Assembly (NCBI GenBank): GCA_003482885.1
Contig: DMXN01000032.1
Location: forward strand, 13,129 to 77,128
DNA length: 64,000 nucleotides
Direction of reading: 5' to 3'
Origin: Candidatus Moraniibacteriota bacterium
GTDB taxonomy: Bacteria > Patescibacteriota > Minisyncoccia > Moranbacterales > UBA2206
Below the pieces are notes generated by a model. It searched no databases and was not told the DNA's origin. It worked only from the letters and a program-made list of their open reading frames with translations. Positions 19,931 through 29,604 of the stretch are shown here, piece after piece. The first letter of the stretch is position 1. Each line of letters begins with the position of its first letter. The position numbers and the translations under genes are program-made.

Positions 19931-22036
19931 TTATAGCAGCTCCAACTCGCTTATCTTCTCCCAGTCAGTTTCATTTAGCACTGTGATTTTATCTTCGCCG
20001 ATAATGTATAGATAATCGTTGATATAAATCGCTCGTTTGACAAAATTTTGTTCAACAGCTTTTTTAAGTTTTAATTTATACAATTCATATCGCGAACATT
20101 TCACCGTTTCTTTTGCGCATTCGGGAGAATTATACATATACGAAAAGACATAGCCGCCTTTGCTTCCCGGCAAGAAAAAAATATTGTGTTTTTTATCCAA
20201 TAAAAAGGCGTGATAATTATTGGAAACTTCCGACCAATATTCGTCCAACAAGTATTTATCGATTTCCATCGGATTATTTTTATCCGAAACATCAAACAGA
20301 GAAATTTTCACTTGCGAGCCTTCCATTCCAATGCCTAAAATATGCGTTGCGTCCAACGGATGCAGATAAGAAGAATAGCCCGGAATTTTCAATTCTCCGG
20401 CTAATACCGGATTGGCGGGATTTGCCAGATCGAGAACGAAAAACGGATCGGTTTGACGAAAAGTTACTATGTAACCTTTGTCTTCAATAAATCGCGCCGA
20501 ATAAATTCGTTCCGTTTTGCCCAAATCCAAAACTTGTCCGATGGTTTGAAGATTTTTGTCTAAAACATAAACATCACTCGCGGTTTCTCCCGAACCCATT
20601 CCATCAAAATCTATCCCCCATCTTAAACCAACAGTTGTCGCCACTCTTAAATTTCCCTGATATTCATCCATCGCAAAATTGTTTAGTAAATTTCCCGGCA
20701 CCGCGCCGCTGGATTCTATTTGAAAATTCTCCAAAGCGATTTTCACTATTCCCGTTTTTTCCAAATCCCGATTGTGTTTTTTATAGTAAGCGCTCATTCG
20801 ATTAGCCATTTCATTTTCTCTTTTCAGCCGTTCATCGTTATCGAATAAATTATTGTATTTTTCAATCAGCATCGTTATTTCCTGCAATTTGGAATTCTCG
20901 GAAATATCATAACTTTCCAGTTTTTTTATTTTCGCGATAATTTCAGCCGAAAAAATATCTTCGTTTTCTTTGACAAATCCGCCGAAAAATTCAGCGACGC
21001 TTCCGCTAAAAGCATAAGTAGCGTAAATCGCGTTTTCCGACATATAAATTATCGAGGAGCCGGAAGAACCGACGAAAGAAACTGAATTTTTAATTTCGCC
21101 CGTGCTTGAATCTAATGTCATCGCCGTAAAAATTGCGTCAACCGGCGTTGGAGCGATCGGATGATAAATATCTGCGCACTGAATATTTAAAGCTGTTCCA
21201 TCTGTAAATAAAGGCTCGAAAGGGCACGGTCGGGATGAATTGATAATATTTTTAGTGATTAAATATATTTTTCCGCCACGCAAACGCGAAGTTATTACTG
21301 AAGTATTTTTATCCAATTTTACAGTCCATTTTTTTTCCGGCGACTCAGGATCGGAAACATCATAGCCGATAATTTCTTGTCCCAATTGGGAATAATTTAT
21401 ATTGGAATTAGAAAAAATAACTAATTTTTTTTCATCCAAAAGCAAATCGCCCTGCTTGTCAATTTCGCTTTCAACTTTTAAACCAGCCAGTGGAAACGCG
21501 CTGATAATATTGGTTTTTTCTTGCGGTTGATCTTCGGGCGCTATTTTGCTTTGTTCGTTAAAAGAAATACCTCTATCGGCATTATTTCGCATTATAGAAT
21601 AATATCGCTGCCAGCCGGAAAAATATATTTCTTTACCATTAGTTTTCACAATATCCGGCTCGTCAATGCCGGCAACTTGAACATTAGTTTCAGAAATCCT
21701 CTCTGGCGCCCCGCCCGCCCCCATTCCATCTATGGCGCTTTTTTCCATCATAAAAGATGGGGATCCTAATTGATTTGCCGCTCGCATATTAAATCCTCCG
21801 CCGTATCCTTCGACTAATTTTGACGACTCGTCCAAATAATTTTTAAAATCTTGCTCGGAAGAAAACTTTTCCATATCGGAAATATTTTCGCCCGCCGGCT
21901 TGGACAAAATATTGGTAACGACAGGGGAATCATAATCAACACAACTGATTTTTATCATTAAGACGACAAAAATTAAAATCGCCAGTAAAACCCCCGCCGC
22001 CATCAACGGCTTGATTTCTAAATTTTTTGTGAACAT
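19931..22036 (-). CDS. Secreted beta-propeller domain protein (PF09826-like)
   Basis: N-terminal TM/signal segment. The C-terminal GYIVTFRQTDPFFVLDLANPANPVLAGELKIPGYSSYLHPLDATHILGIGMEG is characteristic of the beta-propeller family common in CPR and archaea. Confidence 0.55.
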   Translation of the reverse strand: MFTKNLEIKPLMAAGVLLAILIFVVLMIKISCVDYDSPVVTNILSKPAGENISDMEKFSSEQDFKNYLDESSKLVEGYGGGFNMRAANQLGSPSFMMEKSAIDGMGAGGAPERISETNVQVAGIDEPDIVKTNGKEIYFSGWQRYYSIMRNNADRGISFNEQSKIAPEDQPQEKTNIISAFPLAGLKVESEIDKQGDLLLDEKKLVIFSNSNINYSQLGQEIIGYDVSDPESPEKKWTVKLDKNTSVITSRLRGGKIYLITKNIINSSRPCPFEPLFTDGTALNIQCADIYHPIAPTPVDAIFTAMTLDSSTGEIKNSVSFVGSSGSSIIYMSENAIYATYAFSGSVAEFFGGFVKENEDIFSAEIIAKIKKLESYDISENSKLQEITMLIEKYNNLFDNDERLKRENEMANRMSAYYKKHNRDLEKTGIVKIALENFQIESSGAVPGNLLNNFAMDEYQGNLRVATTVGLRWGIDFDGMGSGETASDVYVLDKNLQTIGQVLDLGKTERIYSARFIEDKGYIVTFRQTDPFFVLDLANPANPVLAGELKIPGYSSYLHPLDATHILGIGMEGSQVKISLFDVSDKNNPMEIDKYLLDEYWSEVSNNYHAFLLDKKHNIFFLPGSKGGYVFSYMYNSPECAKETVKCSRYELYKLKLKKAVEQNFVKRAIYINDYLYIIGEDKITVLNETDWEKISELELL

Positions 22037-22132
22037 ATTTTTGTTTTTTCCACCGAAGGCGGATCAGCCTCCGGCTGAAAAAAATTAAAAATTATTTATA
22101 AAATCAAAAAAGGCTTTTTTATTTGAAAATTC

Positions 22133-24724
22133 CTACGGCGCAATTGCAATATTCGTATTCACTCTTATACTTTCCGAATCCGAGTTTCCATTATCATCCG
22201 TCGCGTTGATTTTTATTTCCAAGCTGGAATTATATTTATCGCTCGGCACGGTATAGGACGCGCTGAAAGAATCGCTGCTACTGGAAGAAATATCATTGCC
22301 ATCCACACTTAATGTGGCTTTTTTAACGCCGTACGGCGCGTCGAGTTTAACGGAAATATTAAACGAAGAAGTTGTAATCGTTTGTCCGTTAGAAGGCGAA
22401 CTTATATTCGCTTGAATCTTGTACCTTGAAAAATCTTTTTCCTCGCATTCTTCGTCCGGTATGGAATCGGTAGAATAATCTTTGTCTTTCAACCATTTTT
22501 TTACGCCTTTTTCCCAATTTTCAAATTGCGAATCGCTTTTTGGATCTTTCGGCGCGTCTCCGCGAACATCATCCTTATTGATATAATATAGAATATCATG
22601 CGTAATGGAAAATTTCTTTTTCTTCACTTTGTTGTCCGGACAAGCCGAACTAGCTAAACAATATTTATCGTCCTCTCCCGGAATTTCGCAAACTTTTAAT
22701 TCTTTTTTCATTTCCAATTTTCCATCCAAAATATCTTTGCCGGTTTCCTCCGGTTCGTATTTGGGGAAATTTTCAATGTTATAATTTTTCAAAGCTTCAT
22801 CCATAAATGCCCGCCAAATCGGCGCAGCGACATAAATTCCGTCCGCTCCTTCTTTCATTATAGAATGGTCATTATTGCCCGCCCAAACGCCGGCCGCCAG
22901 CGACGGCGTATATCCCATTGTCCAACCGTCGCGCCATTCATTGGTGGTTCCGGTTTTGGCGGCCACCGGGCGATTTTCAAAACTCAAAGGATTTTTTTCG
23001 CCGAACACCGGCGCACGCAAACTATTGGTAGAAAGAATGTAGTCAATCATCGTAACATACTTTTCTTCCAACACTCGATCGCCTGCATCGGAATTATATT
23101 TTTCCAAAATATTTCCCTTACTATCCTCGATGCGCAAGATCGCTGTTTTATTATGAAGAATTCCTCCGGTGGCAAATGTGGAAAAAGCGTTGACATGATC
23201 AAGCAGCTTCACTTCTCCGCCACCCAGCACTAAAGAAAGTCCGTATCGTTCCGGTTCGGTCAAGGTTGTAATCCCCATATTTCGCGCAGTATTAATAGAA
23301 TCTTTGACGCCGGCCAAATAAAGAGTTTTCACCGCGGGAACATTTAAAGATCTTGCCAACGCGTCTTTCATTTGCATTAAGCCGGAATTTTTCCCATCAT
23401 AATTTTTTGGATTATATATTTTTCCATCATCTGTGCTGAAATTTGTGTCCGTATCCCAAATATTAGTTTCCGGCGTAAAACCTTTCGCGAACGCTGTAAG
23501 ATAAACATAAGGTTTAAAAGACGATCCCGGCTGAAGCAATGATATGGCGGCATTAACATTTGATTCAAAAACACAAGTTTTTCCCGAAGCGCAACCTTTC
23601 GGTTCGCTTTCAGCAAAATAGTCTTTACTGCCGACCATCGCTAAGATTTGTCCGGTTTTCGGATCCATCGCCACCAGCGCCACATTGGCTGCCTTATAAA
23701 TTTTGGTATTTTTTTCCGCGCCTTCCCGCACCGCTTTTTCCGCCGCTTGCTGTTTATCCCAATCGAGAGTGGTATAAACTTTCAATCCTCCCTGTTCCAC
23801 CGCCTGATCGCCGTATTTTTGCTGCAAGTAATCTTTGATATACATCACGAAATGAGGCGCCGCAAAAATATTTTTTTGCGGCTGCAATTTATCAAGAGTA
23901 CGCATATTTATCGCTTCATCAGCTTGATCTTGAGTAATATAGCCTAATTTCGCCATAGTGTTCAAAGCGAAATTTTTGCGAGCAATAAGAGCGTCCCGAT
24001 GCGAACCATAAGGAGAATAATAGGCAGTGGCTTGCGGTAAAGCGGAAATAATCGCCGCTTCGTCAAGCGTCAATTCGCGCGCCGGTTTTGCAAAAAATGT
24101 TTGCGCTGCCGCTTCAATTCCGTAAGCGTTAGATCCGTAAGGAATTTCGTTGAGGTACATCGTCAAAATTTCGTCTTTGGAAAATTTTGTTTCCACTTCC
24201 AGCGAGAGAATAACTTCTTTGATTTTTCTGATTAAAGATTTTTCGTTGGTGAGCAAAGAATTTTTCACCAGCTGCTGCGTAATAGTGGAACCGCCTTGCG
24301 CTTTGCCGAAATTTATCACATCTTTTAAAACCGCGCGGATAATCGAAGTTAATTTTATGCCGTGATGATTGTAAAAATCTTGGTCTTCAAGACTGATAGT
24401 GGCGTATTTTATGACATCCGGCATTTCAACAAAAGGAATTTGCGTTCTTTTTTCCTCGCCGTGGACTTCATAAAGCAAATGGTCACCAGAGCGATCATAA
24501 ATTTTTGTCGATTCGATAATCACCCGACTGCTGATTTTATCCGGGCTGGGCAGGTCTTTATAAAAATAGGCGAAAATTCCGGCAGAAATTAAAATGCCCA
24601 CCACTATCGCAATACCAAAAATTCTAAAAATCCATTTCCAAATCTTCCGCCATTTTAAAGCATTTTTTTTGGAAGAATAAACAGGAATTTTAGGCGAAAA
24701 AATGTTTTGCATAAGATAAGGCAC
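22133..24724 (-). CDS. Penicillin-binding protein 1A (GT51 transglycosylase plus transpeptidase) with a C-terminal Ig-like/Cys extension
   Basis: N-terminal TM. GT51 motifs ISLEDQDFYNHHGIKLTSIIRA and GGSTITQQLVKN, and transpeptidase motifs SSFKP and KTGTT. The track start at 24724 is GTG; the first ATG is at 24712. Confidence 0.85.
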   Translation of the reverse strand: MPYLMQNIFSPKIPVYSSKKNALKWRKIWKWIFRIFGIAIVVGILISAGIFAYFYKDLPSPDKISSRVIIESTKIYDRSGDHLLYEVHGEEKRTQIPFVEMPDVIKYATISLEDQDFYNHHGIKLTSIIRAVLKDVINFGKAQGGSTITQQLVKNSLLTNEKSLIRKIKEVILSLEVETKFSKDEILTMYLNEIPYGSNAYGIEAAAQTFFAKPARELTLDEAAIISALPQATAYYSPYGSHRDALIARKNFALNTMAKLGYITQDQADEAINMRTLDKLQPQKNIFAAPHFVMYIKDYLQQKYGDQAVEQGGLKVYTTLDWDKQQAAEKAVREGAEKNTKIYKAANVALVAMDPKTGQILAMVGSKDYFAESEPKGCASGKTCVFESNVNAAISLLQPGSSFKPYVYLTAFAKGFTPETNIWDTDTNFSTDDGKIYNPKNYDGKNSGLMQMKDALARSLNVPAVKTLYLAGVKDSINTARNMGITTLTEPERYGLSLVLGGGEVKLLDHVNAFSTFATGGILHNKTAILRIEDSKGNILEKYNSDAGDRVLEEKYVTMIDYILSTNSLRAPVFGEKNPLSFENRPVAAKTGTTNEWRDGWTMGYTPSLAAGVWAGNNDHSIMKEGADGIYVAAPIWRAFMDEALKNYNIENFPKYEPEETGKDILDGKLEMKKELKVCEIPGEDDKYCLASSACPDNKVKKKKFSITHDILYYINKDDVRGDAPKDPKSDSQFENWEKGVKKWLKDKDYSTDSIPDEECEEKDFSRYKIQANISSPSNGQTITTSSFNISVKLDAPYGVKKATLSVDGNDISSSSSDSFSASYTVPSDKYNSSLEIKINATDDNGNSDSESIRVNTNIAIAP

Positions 24725-24725
24725 T

Positions 24726-24759
24726 TTTTAAGCTCCTTATAGTTTAGTTGAAAATTGAG
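24726..24759. repeat. Copy A of a ~34-bp direct repeat bracketing AbiE pair #1; contains the PBP1A RBS
   Basis: tttttaagctccttatagtttagttgaaaattgag. On the minus strand it supplies AAGGAG 8 nt before the PBP1A GTG start. Copy B lies at 26188-26223, with 30 of 34 positions matching. Confidence 0.4.
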
Positions 24760-24780
24760 GAAGTATCAGCATACTTTTAA

Positions 24781-25500
24781 TCAAATATTTTTATCTATTT
24801 CCCTAATAAGCATCTGCCGGAAATTCTTGATGATTGAATGAAAAGAAGCTGGTAAAAATCGTTTCAATTCTCCAGAAAAATTTATATCAGACTTTAAAAT
24901 AAGACTTTTTATTTCTGCTAATTTGTTTTTTTGCTCCGGCATAATCAGTCTTCCGCGCAAAAGAAAATATATATCAAAAAAATCGCGGGGCTTTTGGCGC
25001 GACAATGCTGCTTGAATTTTTTCACCAATCAATTGTTTTGCATTCAAACACACCAAAGTATAACTTGGCAAAAAATCAGAAACTATTGCATGCAATTCTC
25101 CAATAAATTTGGTTTTCTTACGATTGGAAATTTCCAATCGTAATTGAATTGAAAAATCAAAAAATTTACAGATAAAAATTGCCAAAAAACCACCAGAAGT
25201 GGCCTTGGATTCTTGCAAATCAGTTTTAATATTAAAATTTTGCATATTTTTCAAAGTCGCAATCAATAAACTCTCAAGAACTTCCACGGAAAGATTAGAA
25301 GAAAAATCAAGATCTTCGGAAAAGCGCGGAGAATCAAAAATAATTCGCAATGCCGTGCCACCTTTGAAAAAAATATTTTCGCTTTGCGACAATTGATAAA
25401 ATTGCGACAAAAAAATATGCTGGCAATATTCTTGCGCCACATTGAAATCCGAAGTTTGTAATTTTACGGACAATTTTCTAATTTGCTCTTGCGTCATCAT
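24781..25500 (-). CDS. AbiEii/AbiGii-family nucleotidyltransferase toxin (type IV TA), pair #1
   Basis: FFKGGTALRIIFDSPRFSEDLDFSS is the hallmark of the PF08843 family; it overlaps the upstream antitoxin gene by 23 nt. Confidence 0.8.
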   Translation of the reverse strand: MMTQEQIRKLSVKLQTSDFNVAQEYCQHIFLSQFYQLSQSENIFFKGGTALRIIFDSPRFSEDLDFSSNLSVEVLESLLIATLKNMQNFNIKTDLQESKATSGGFLAIFICKFFDFSIQLRLEISNRKKTKFIGELHAIVSDFLPSYTLVCLNAKQLIGEKIQAALSRQKPRDFFDIYFLLRGRLIMPEQKNKLAEIKSLILKSDINFSGELKRFLPASFHSIIKNFRQMLIREIDKNI

Positions 25501-26092
25501 AAAGTTTAGAAACCAAATTATCTATTTGAGAATCGTTAAATAATTTCTGCCATTGCCTTATTTTTTTCTTTATTAAATGAGAAACATCCAGCCTATCATT
25601 GAGTTCAGTTTTTTTTCGGGACAAATAATACAGATAGTCCATTAATGCTTTTTCTGGCTCAGCAATTAAAAATTTTTCATTGTTTTTCTCAATAAGACAA
25701 TATCCGGTAAATAATTTTTTTTTAATTTTGTTGTAGGAAAAATCCTGATCCATTGCCATGAACGAGCGAGTAGCTTTTGAAGAAATAGAGGTAATGGAAT
25801 AAGTTTTTTCCGGAATTATATTATAAAAAGACAAGGCGGATTCCAATGAGATATAAGACGGTTGATAAATTTTATTGGCAACTACGAATACGCTCGGTTT
25901 AATTGAAGCTAGGCAATAAAGTCCGTTTTTGAGTTTTAAAAAGAATTTTTTTTGAGTATATCGACCTATAAATTTGCTAACAGCAAGAGGGGATGTGCTA
26001 AAAATCCTTTGAAACTCGCGCGGACTAAAAATTGCGACATTGCTTTCCAAGAGTTTTTGTTGGACAATCAATGGATTCATTTTTTTTACCAT
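25478..26092 (-). CDS. AbiEi-family antitoxin/transcriptional regulator, pair #1 (probable ATG start at 26092 or 26080)
   Basis: …NGLYCLASIKPS…YQPSYISLESALSFYNIIPE matches the AbiEi_4 pattern. The track start at 26128 is TTG and overlaps the predicted -10 box, so a downstream ATG (MVKKMNPLIV) is preferred. Confidence 0.7.
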   Translation of the reverse strand: MVKKMNPLIVQQKLLESNVAIFSPREFQRIFSTSPLAVSKFIGRYTQKKFFLKLKNGLYCLASIKPSVFVVANKIYQPSYISLESALSFYNIIPEKTYSITSISSKATRSFMAMDQDFSYNKIKKKLFTGYCLIEKNNEKFLIAEPEKALMDYLYYLSRKKTELNDRLDVSHLIKKKIRQWQKLFNDSQIDNLVSKLYDDARAN

Positions 26093-26119
26093 ATAGTATG
26101 AAAAGTGAATTACGCAATC

Positions 26120-26148
26120 ATTATACAAATCCCTTATTTTTCTGTCAA
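26120..26148 (-). promoter_or_regulatory. Consensus sigma70-type promoter driving AbiE pair #1
   Basis: Minus strand reads TTGACA (26148..26143), a 17-nt spacer, then TATAAT (26125..26120). This is a perfect consensus hexamer pair. Confidence 0.45.
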
Positions 26149-26187
26149 ATTCACATCATGGCTCATAATTTAAACTAAAAAACCGAA

Positions 26188-26223
26188 TTTTTAAGCTCTT
26201 TGTAGTTTAGTTTAAAATTTGAG
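26188..26223. repeat. Copy B of the ~34-bp direct repeat bracketing AbiE pair #1
   Basis: tttttaagctctttgtagtttagtttaaaatttgag lies 27 nt downstream of the DUF1704 stop codon. Confidence 0.4.
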
Positions 26224-26249
26224 AAAAATCAAGACAAAACTAAAAAAAA

Positions 26250-27569
26250 TTATTTTTCCAAATCTTCCAAGTCAGCATCATTTATTCCAAGTTGCTCAAG
26301 TATCCAGATGTGTCTAGGATTAGTTGGATCATATTTTCCGACAGAAAATCTTTTAATTTCTTCGGGATTGCTTTTCGCAACATCCCAAATCCCAATATTT
26401 CCTTCTCGATACACAATATCTCGCGTAAGACATGCTCCGGGTGTCTGGCAAGTTGTTCCTCGAAATGTTCGCACACATCTATTCCACGCACTAATTTGAG
26501 CAAAAGATAATACCTCCGCACCTTCTTTTTTTGAAGTAATTAAAAAATAATCTTTCAGAATTTCAAAAACTTGTCGAAAATTTCTTTTTTTGCCATCCAA
26601 GCCAGCAGCTAAAGATATTGCAAGATGTCCATCAAGACCGGAAAATTCTTCCGCTCCTTTTATAGTTTGCTCTTTATAAGTGGCAATACCTTCTTCTCCT
26701 TTTAGATACCTGTCCAGTCCTAATCCTAATATTTTCAATTTTGATCTTTCTCCATTTTCTCTTCGCAAAACATGCGTTTCTATTTCATGCGCTATTAATG
26801 TTTGCAACTCCAGCGCTTTAAGTTTTCTTTTTTCAGGAATAAAGACTTTCTTTTTTTCCTGATTTACATTAATAGCTTTTATCTTTCCTTCTTTTTCAAT
26901 AATAACCTCCCAATTTTTTAATTTATGCGCTTCAAGCGCAGATTCAAAAGCCGTTTTTATTTCTTCAGCGGTATATTCTGATTTATCGTCCACTTCAACC
27001 TTAGAAAGTTTATTGCCAAAATTTATAGTGCTTTCATTATTCATGAAAGCTTCAAATAATTCTTTATTGATCCTTTTTGCGGCGCTGTTTATTTCAGAAT
27101 TAGCACTAAATATTTTTTGGTCTACTATGGTTTTGAGTTGAGAAAGCGTATATTCATAAATTTCTTTTTCCGGCTGTCCATAAATAAATTTAGAATATCT
27201 TGCCACATTGCGGTCATCGCCGGATTTAGTTTTTTTTAACATTCTTAATTCAGCCAACTTTTCATTTATTTTCCAGCGATAAACTTGACTGACTACTTTA
27301 TTTTTTTCTTCGGCTATAATTTCATTTTTAAGTTGCAAAAGAGCTGTTTCTTTTTCGTCAAAATCAAAAGTTTCCAAATCAGGATAATCCAATGATGGAT
27401 TTTCGATTTCTCCGGAAATAAACTTATTTTTTTGATTTTCTCTAAAGTTCTTTTCTCCGTTCAAATACGAATAATCAGAAAAAGACCCGCTTTTTTCAAA
27501 TCTTTCATACCATTTATCATCAAATGCCTCATGCTTTTCAGTGGAAAATGAGGGTTGTTCAAAGGACAT
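26250..27569 (-). CDS. DUF1704 (QEGLA-motif) MATCAP-like HExxH metallopeptidase
   Basis: LIAHEIETHVLR (HExxH) is followed by YLKGEEGIATYKEQ (QEGLA-like). 439 aa, at the downstream end of the ATP-grasp operon. Confidence 0.55.
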   Translation of the reverse strand: MSFEQPSFSTEKHEAFDDKWYERFEKSGSFSDYSYLNGEKNFRENQKNKFISGEIENPSLDYPDLETFDFDEKETALLQLKNEIIAEEKNKVVSQVYRWKINEKLAELRMLKKTKSGDDRNVARYSKFIYGQPEKEIYEYTLSQLKTIVDQKIFSANSEINSAAKRINKELFEAFMNNESTINFGNKLSKVEVDDKSEYTAEEIKTAFESALEAHKLKNWEVIIEKEGKIKAINVNQEKKKVFIPEKRKLKALELQTLIAHEIETHVLRRENGERSKLKILGLGLDRYLKGEEGIATYKEQTIKGAEEFSGLDGHLAISLAAGLDGKKRNFRQVFEILKDYFLITSKKEGAEVLSFAQISAWNRCVRTFRGTTCQTPGACLTRDIVYREGNIGIWDVAKSNPEEIKRFSVGKYDPTNPRHIWILEQLGINDADLEDLEK

Positions 27570-27589
27570 ATTTTTTAAAATAAAAAAAA

Positions 27590-28639
27590 TTAAAACTTGT
27601 TTTTTATTATTTTTTCGTACAACTTGATATATTTATCCGCCATAACGGAACTATCAGAGTGTTTTTCTGCAAATTCTCGACATTTTTTTCGGTCGAATTT
27701 TTCGATAGAAACAGTTGCTTTTATCAATTCATCTATATTTTCTGATAAATAAGCAACCTTTTTCCATTCTGATAATTCTTCAAAAGGACGCACTCTGCAT
27801 CCGATAACTGGAGTGCCACAAGCTAATGATTCCATTACAATCAACGGGCAAATACTTAAATTTGCTCGAATTGGAAAAAGTAATGCCTCGGCATTTTTTA
27901 AATAAAAAAAAAGTTTGTTTTGCGAAGCTTCACCCATATAAATAATTTGATCGTTTAAAAAAGGTTTTATTTTTTCATGAAAATATTTTTGTCTATCCTC
28001 GCCCACTCCGATTCTTCCAAAAATTAGCAACTTCTTTTTTGTTTCTTGAGCGATTTTTATAGCCAAATCAATTCCTTTGTTTTCAAGTAAGCGACCGGCT
28101 GTTATTAGATATGTTCCTTTAATAAAAGAAGGTTTTATTTTATCTATTTCGATTCCGTTATTAATTATTGCAACAGTTTTAAAATTTTTCTTATGCGCTT
28201 TTGATTGAGCCACTGCATAAATGCCGATTTTTTTCATTTGGTCAAATTCTTGCTTAGTTATTTTGCTATGCAAAGTAAGAACGCAAGGCTTTTTCAGGAG
28301 TGTAGCTACGGCATAAGCATATCTATAAGAATGAAGATGAATAATGTCAAATTTATCTTGATAAGAAGAGACTTTTAGGATATTTTCCAGTATAAGATTT
28401 CTTCTAAAATATTCTGTCTGATCTTTAAATCCTTTCATATTCCAAATACTTTTGGGAATAGTTGGTATATGTTTAGATTTTATTTTCCAATCAGCAGGAG
28501 CAAATAATGTCACATCAACCTCGGTTCTTTTTAGTAGCGCATTTACTAGATTTTTTACAACAATTTCCGGTCCCCCAGTTTGTCCAAACGAAGGTGCGAC
28601 CATGGCAATTTTAATTTTTTTTAGCATAATTTCAATCAT
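27590..28639 (-). CDS. Glycosyltransferase family 4 (GT-B)
   Basis: MVAPSFGQTGGPEIVVKNLVNAL at the N-terminus and CGTPVIGCRVRPFEEL (EX7E region) at the C-terminus; 349 aa. Confidence 0.7.
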   Translation of the reverse strand: MIEIMLKKIKIAMVAPSFGQTGGPEIVVKNLVNALLKRTEVDVTLFAPADWKIKSKHIPTIPKSIWNMKGFKDQTEYFRRNLILENILKVSSYQDKFDIIHLHSYRYAYAVATLLKKPCVLTLHSKITKQEFDQMKKIGIYAVAQSKAHKKNFKTVAIINNGIEIDKIKPSFIKGTYLITAGRLLENKGIDLAIKIAQETKKKLLIFGRIGVGEDRQKYFHEKIKPFLNDQIIYMGEASQNKLFFYLKNAEALLFPIRANLSICPLIVMESLACGTPVIGCRVRPFEELSEWKKVAYLSENIDELIKATVSIEKFDRKKCREFAEKHSDSSVMADKYIKLYEKIIKNKF

Positions 28640-29591
28640 TTAAACTTTTTATAATTTCAGAAAAATATCTATCTTTTATTTTTTTAGTTCCTATGATATC
28701 AAGCAAATCCAATCCTGGCGAGGTATTCATTTCAATTAAGTATGGATTTCCATTGCGATCAAACATAAAATCTAATGAGTAGTTTGATTTTGGATAAATA
28801 GACAGCTTGCAGATAATTTTTTTAACTAAATTTTTCACTGATTGAGGAATTGATTTTTGAGGAACTAAAACAACTTTTGCTCCCTGATGAAAATTTGTAA
28901 ACAAAGAATCCTTTTGAGCAATTCTTGATAAAGCATAAATTGGTTTGTGATTGATAAAAACAATTCGCAAATCAGCAAGTTCGTTCTTTGCTGAAAATCT
29001 AGGAATTCCACCCTTGCCTTCAATAAATTCTTGAATTATAACAGGAAAATTCAGAGAGTTATTTTTGATTTTGTTTTTTTCTTCGATTGTTATTCCAAAA
29101 CCTCCTGATCCATAGATAGGCTTTGCAACAATTTTTTTAGTTTTAGCTTTTTTTAGAATTGAGGGTAGCTCATTTTCTTGCATAGCCAAAAAGGATTTTG
29201 GCATAAACTCTCCTAAGCACAAATACTGAGATAGTTTATTTCCAAGCATTGTACGAAATAGAGGATTATTCAGCATGACTGTTTTTTTTGAAAGAGTTAT
29301 TTTATTATCAAACATTTTGTAATCTTGTTTACCTGATAGTTTATCTAGAATAAAGTCAGGCTTGATAAAACTATTTATTTTAGCCCATTGTTTATTTTTA
29401 AAGCCCCAAGCTTTTTTGAAAATATTTTTATCCGAGTTGTACCATTCAATATTTGCTCTGTATAGCGTTATTCCGTGTTTTATGGAATATTTACACAAAT
29501 TTTCAATAGTTTGTCTTGTGTGCGGATTATTCTCCAGAACAGTTTTTTTATTCCAGTCATCCTCGCTATATATTATAACTAAGCTTTTCAT
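28632..29591 (-). CDS. ATP-grasp ligase, YheC/YheD-like
   Basis: KIVAKPIYGSGGFGI…VIIQEFIEG…YLIEMNTSPGLD are ATP-grasp signature elements. It overlaps the GT4 gene by 8 nt. Confidence 0.65.
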   Translation of the reverse strand: MKSLVIIYSEDDWNKKTVLENNPHTRQTIENLCKYSIKHGITLYRANIEWYNSDKNIFKKAWGFKNKQWAKINSFIKPDFILDKLSGKQDYKMFDNKITLSKKTVMLNNPLFRTMLGNKLSQYLCLGEFMPKSFLAMQENELPSILKKAKTKKIVAKPIYGSGGFGITIEEKNKIKNNSLNFPVIIQEFIEGKGGIPRFSAKNELADLRIVFINHKPIYALSRIAQKDSLFTNFHQGAKVVLVPQKSIPQSVKNLVKKIICKLSIYPKSNYSLDFMFDRNGNPYLIEMNTSPGLDLLDIIGTKKIKDRYFSEIIKSLND

Positions 29592-29604
29592 GTTTGTTAA
29601 AAGG

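Noticed and set aside
22037-22132. Possible terminator hairpins (cagcc-tcc-ggctg and ccgcc-ttc-ggtgg) after PBP1A
   Set aside because: The stems are short and the T-run is on the wrong side for the minus-strand gene, so I did not call it.
25478-26128. TTG start at 26128 for AbiEi #1 as given by the ORF track
   Set aside because: The TTG overlaps the predicted -10 hexamer of the consensus promoter, so a downstream ATG (26092 or 26080) is more plausible.
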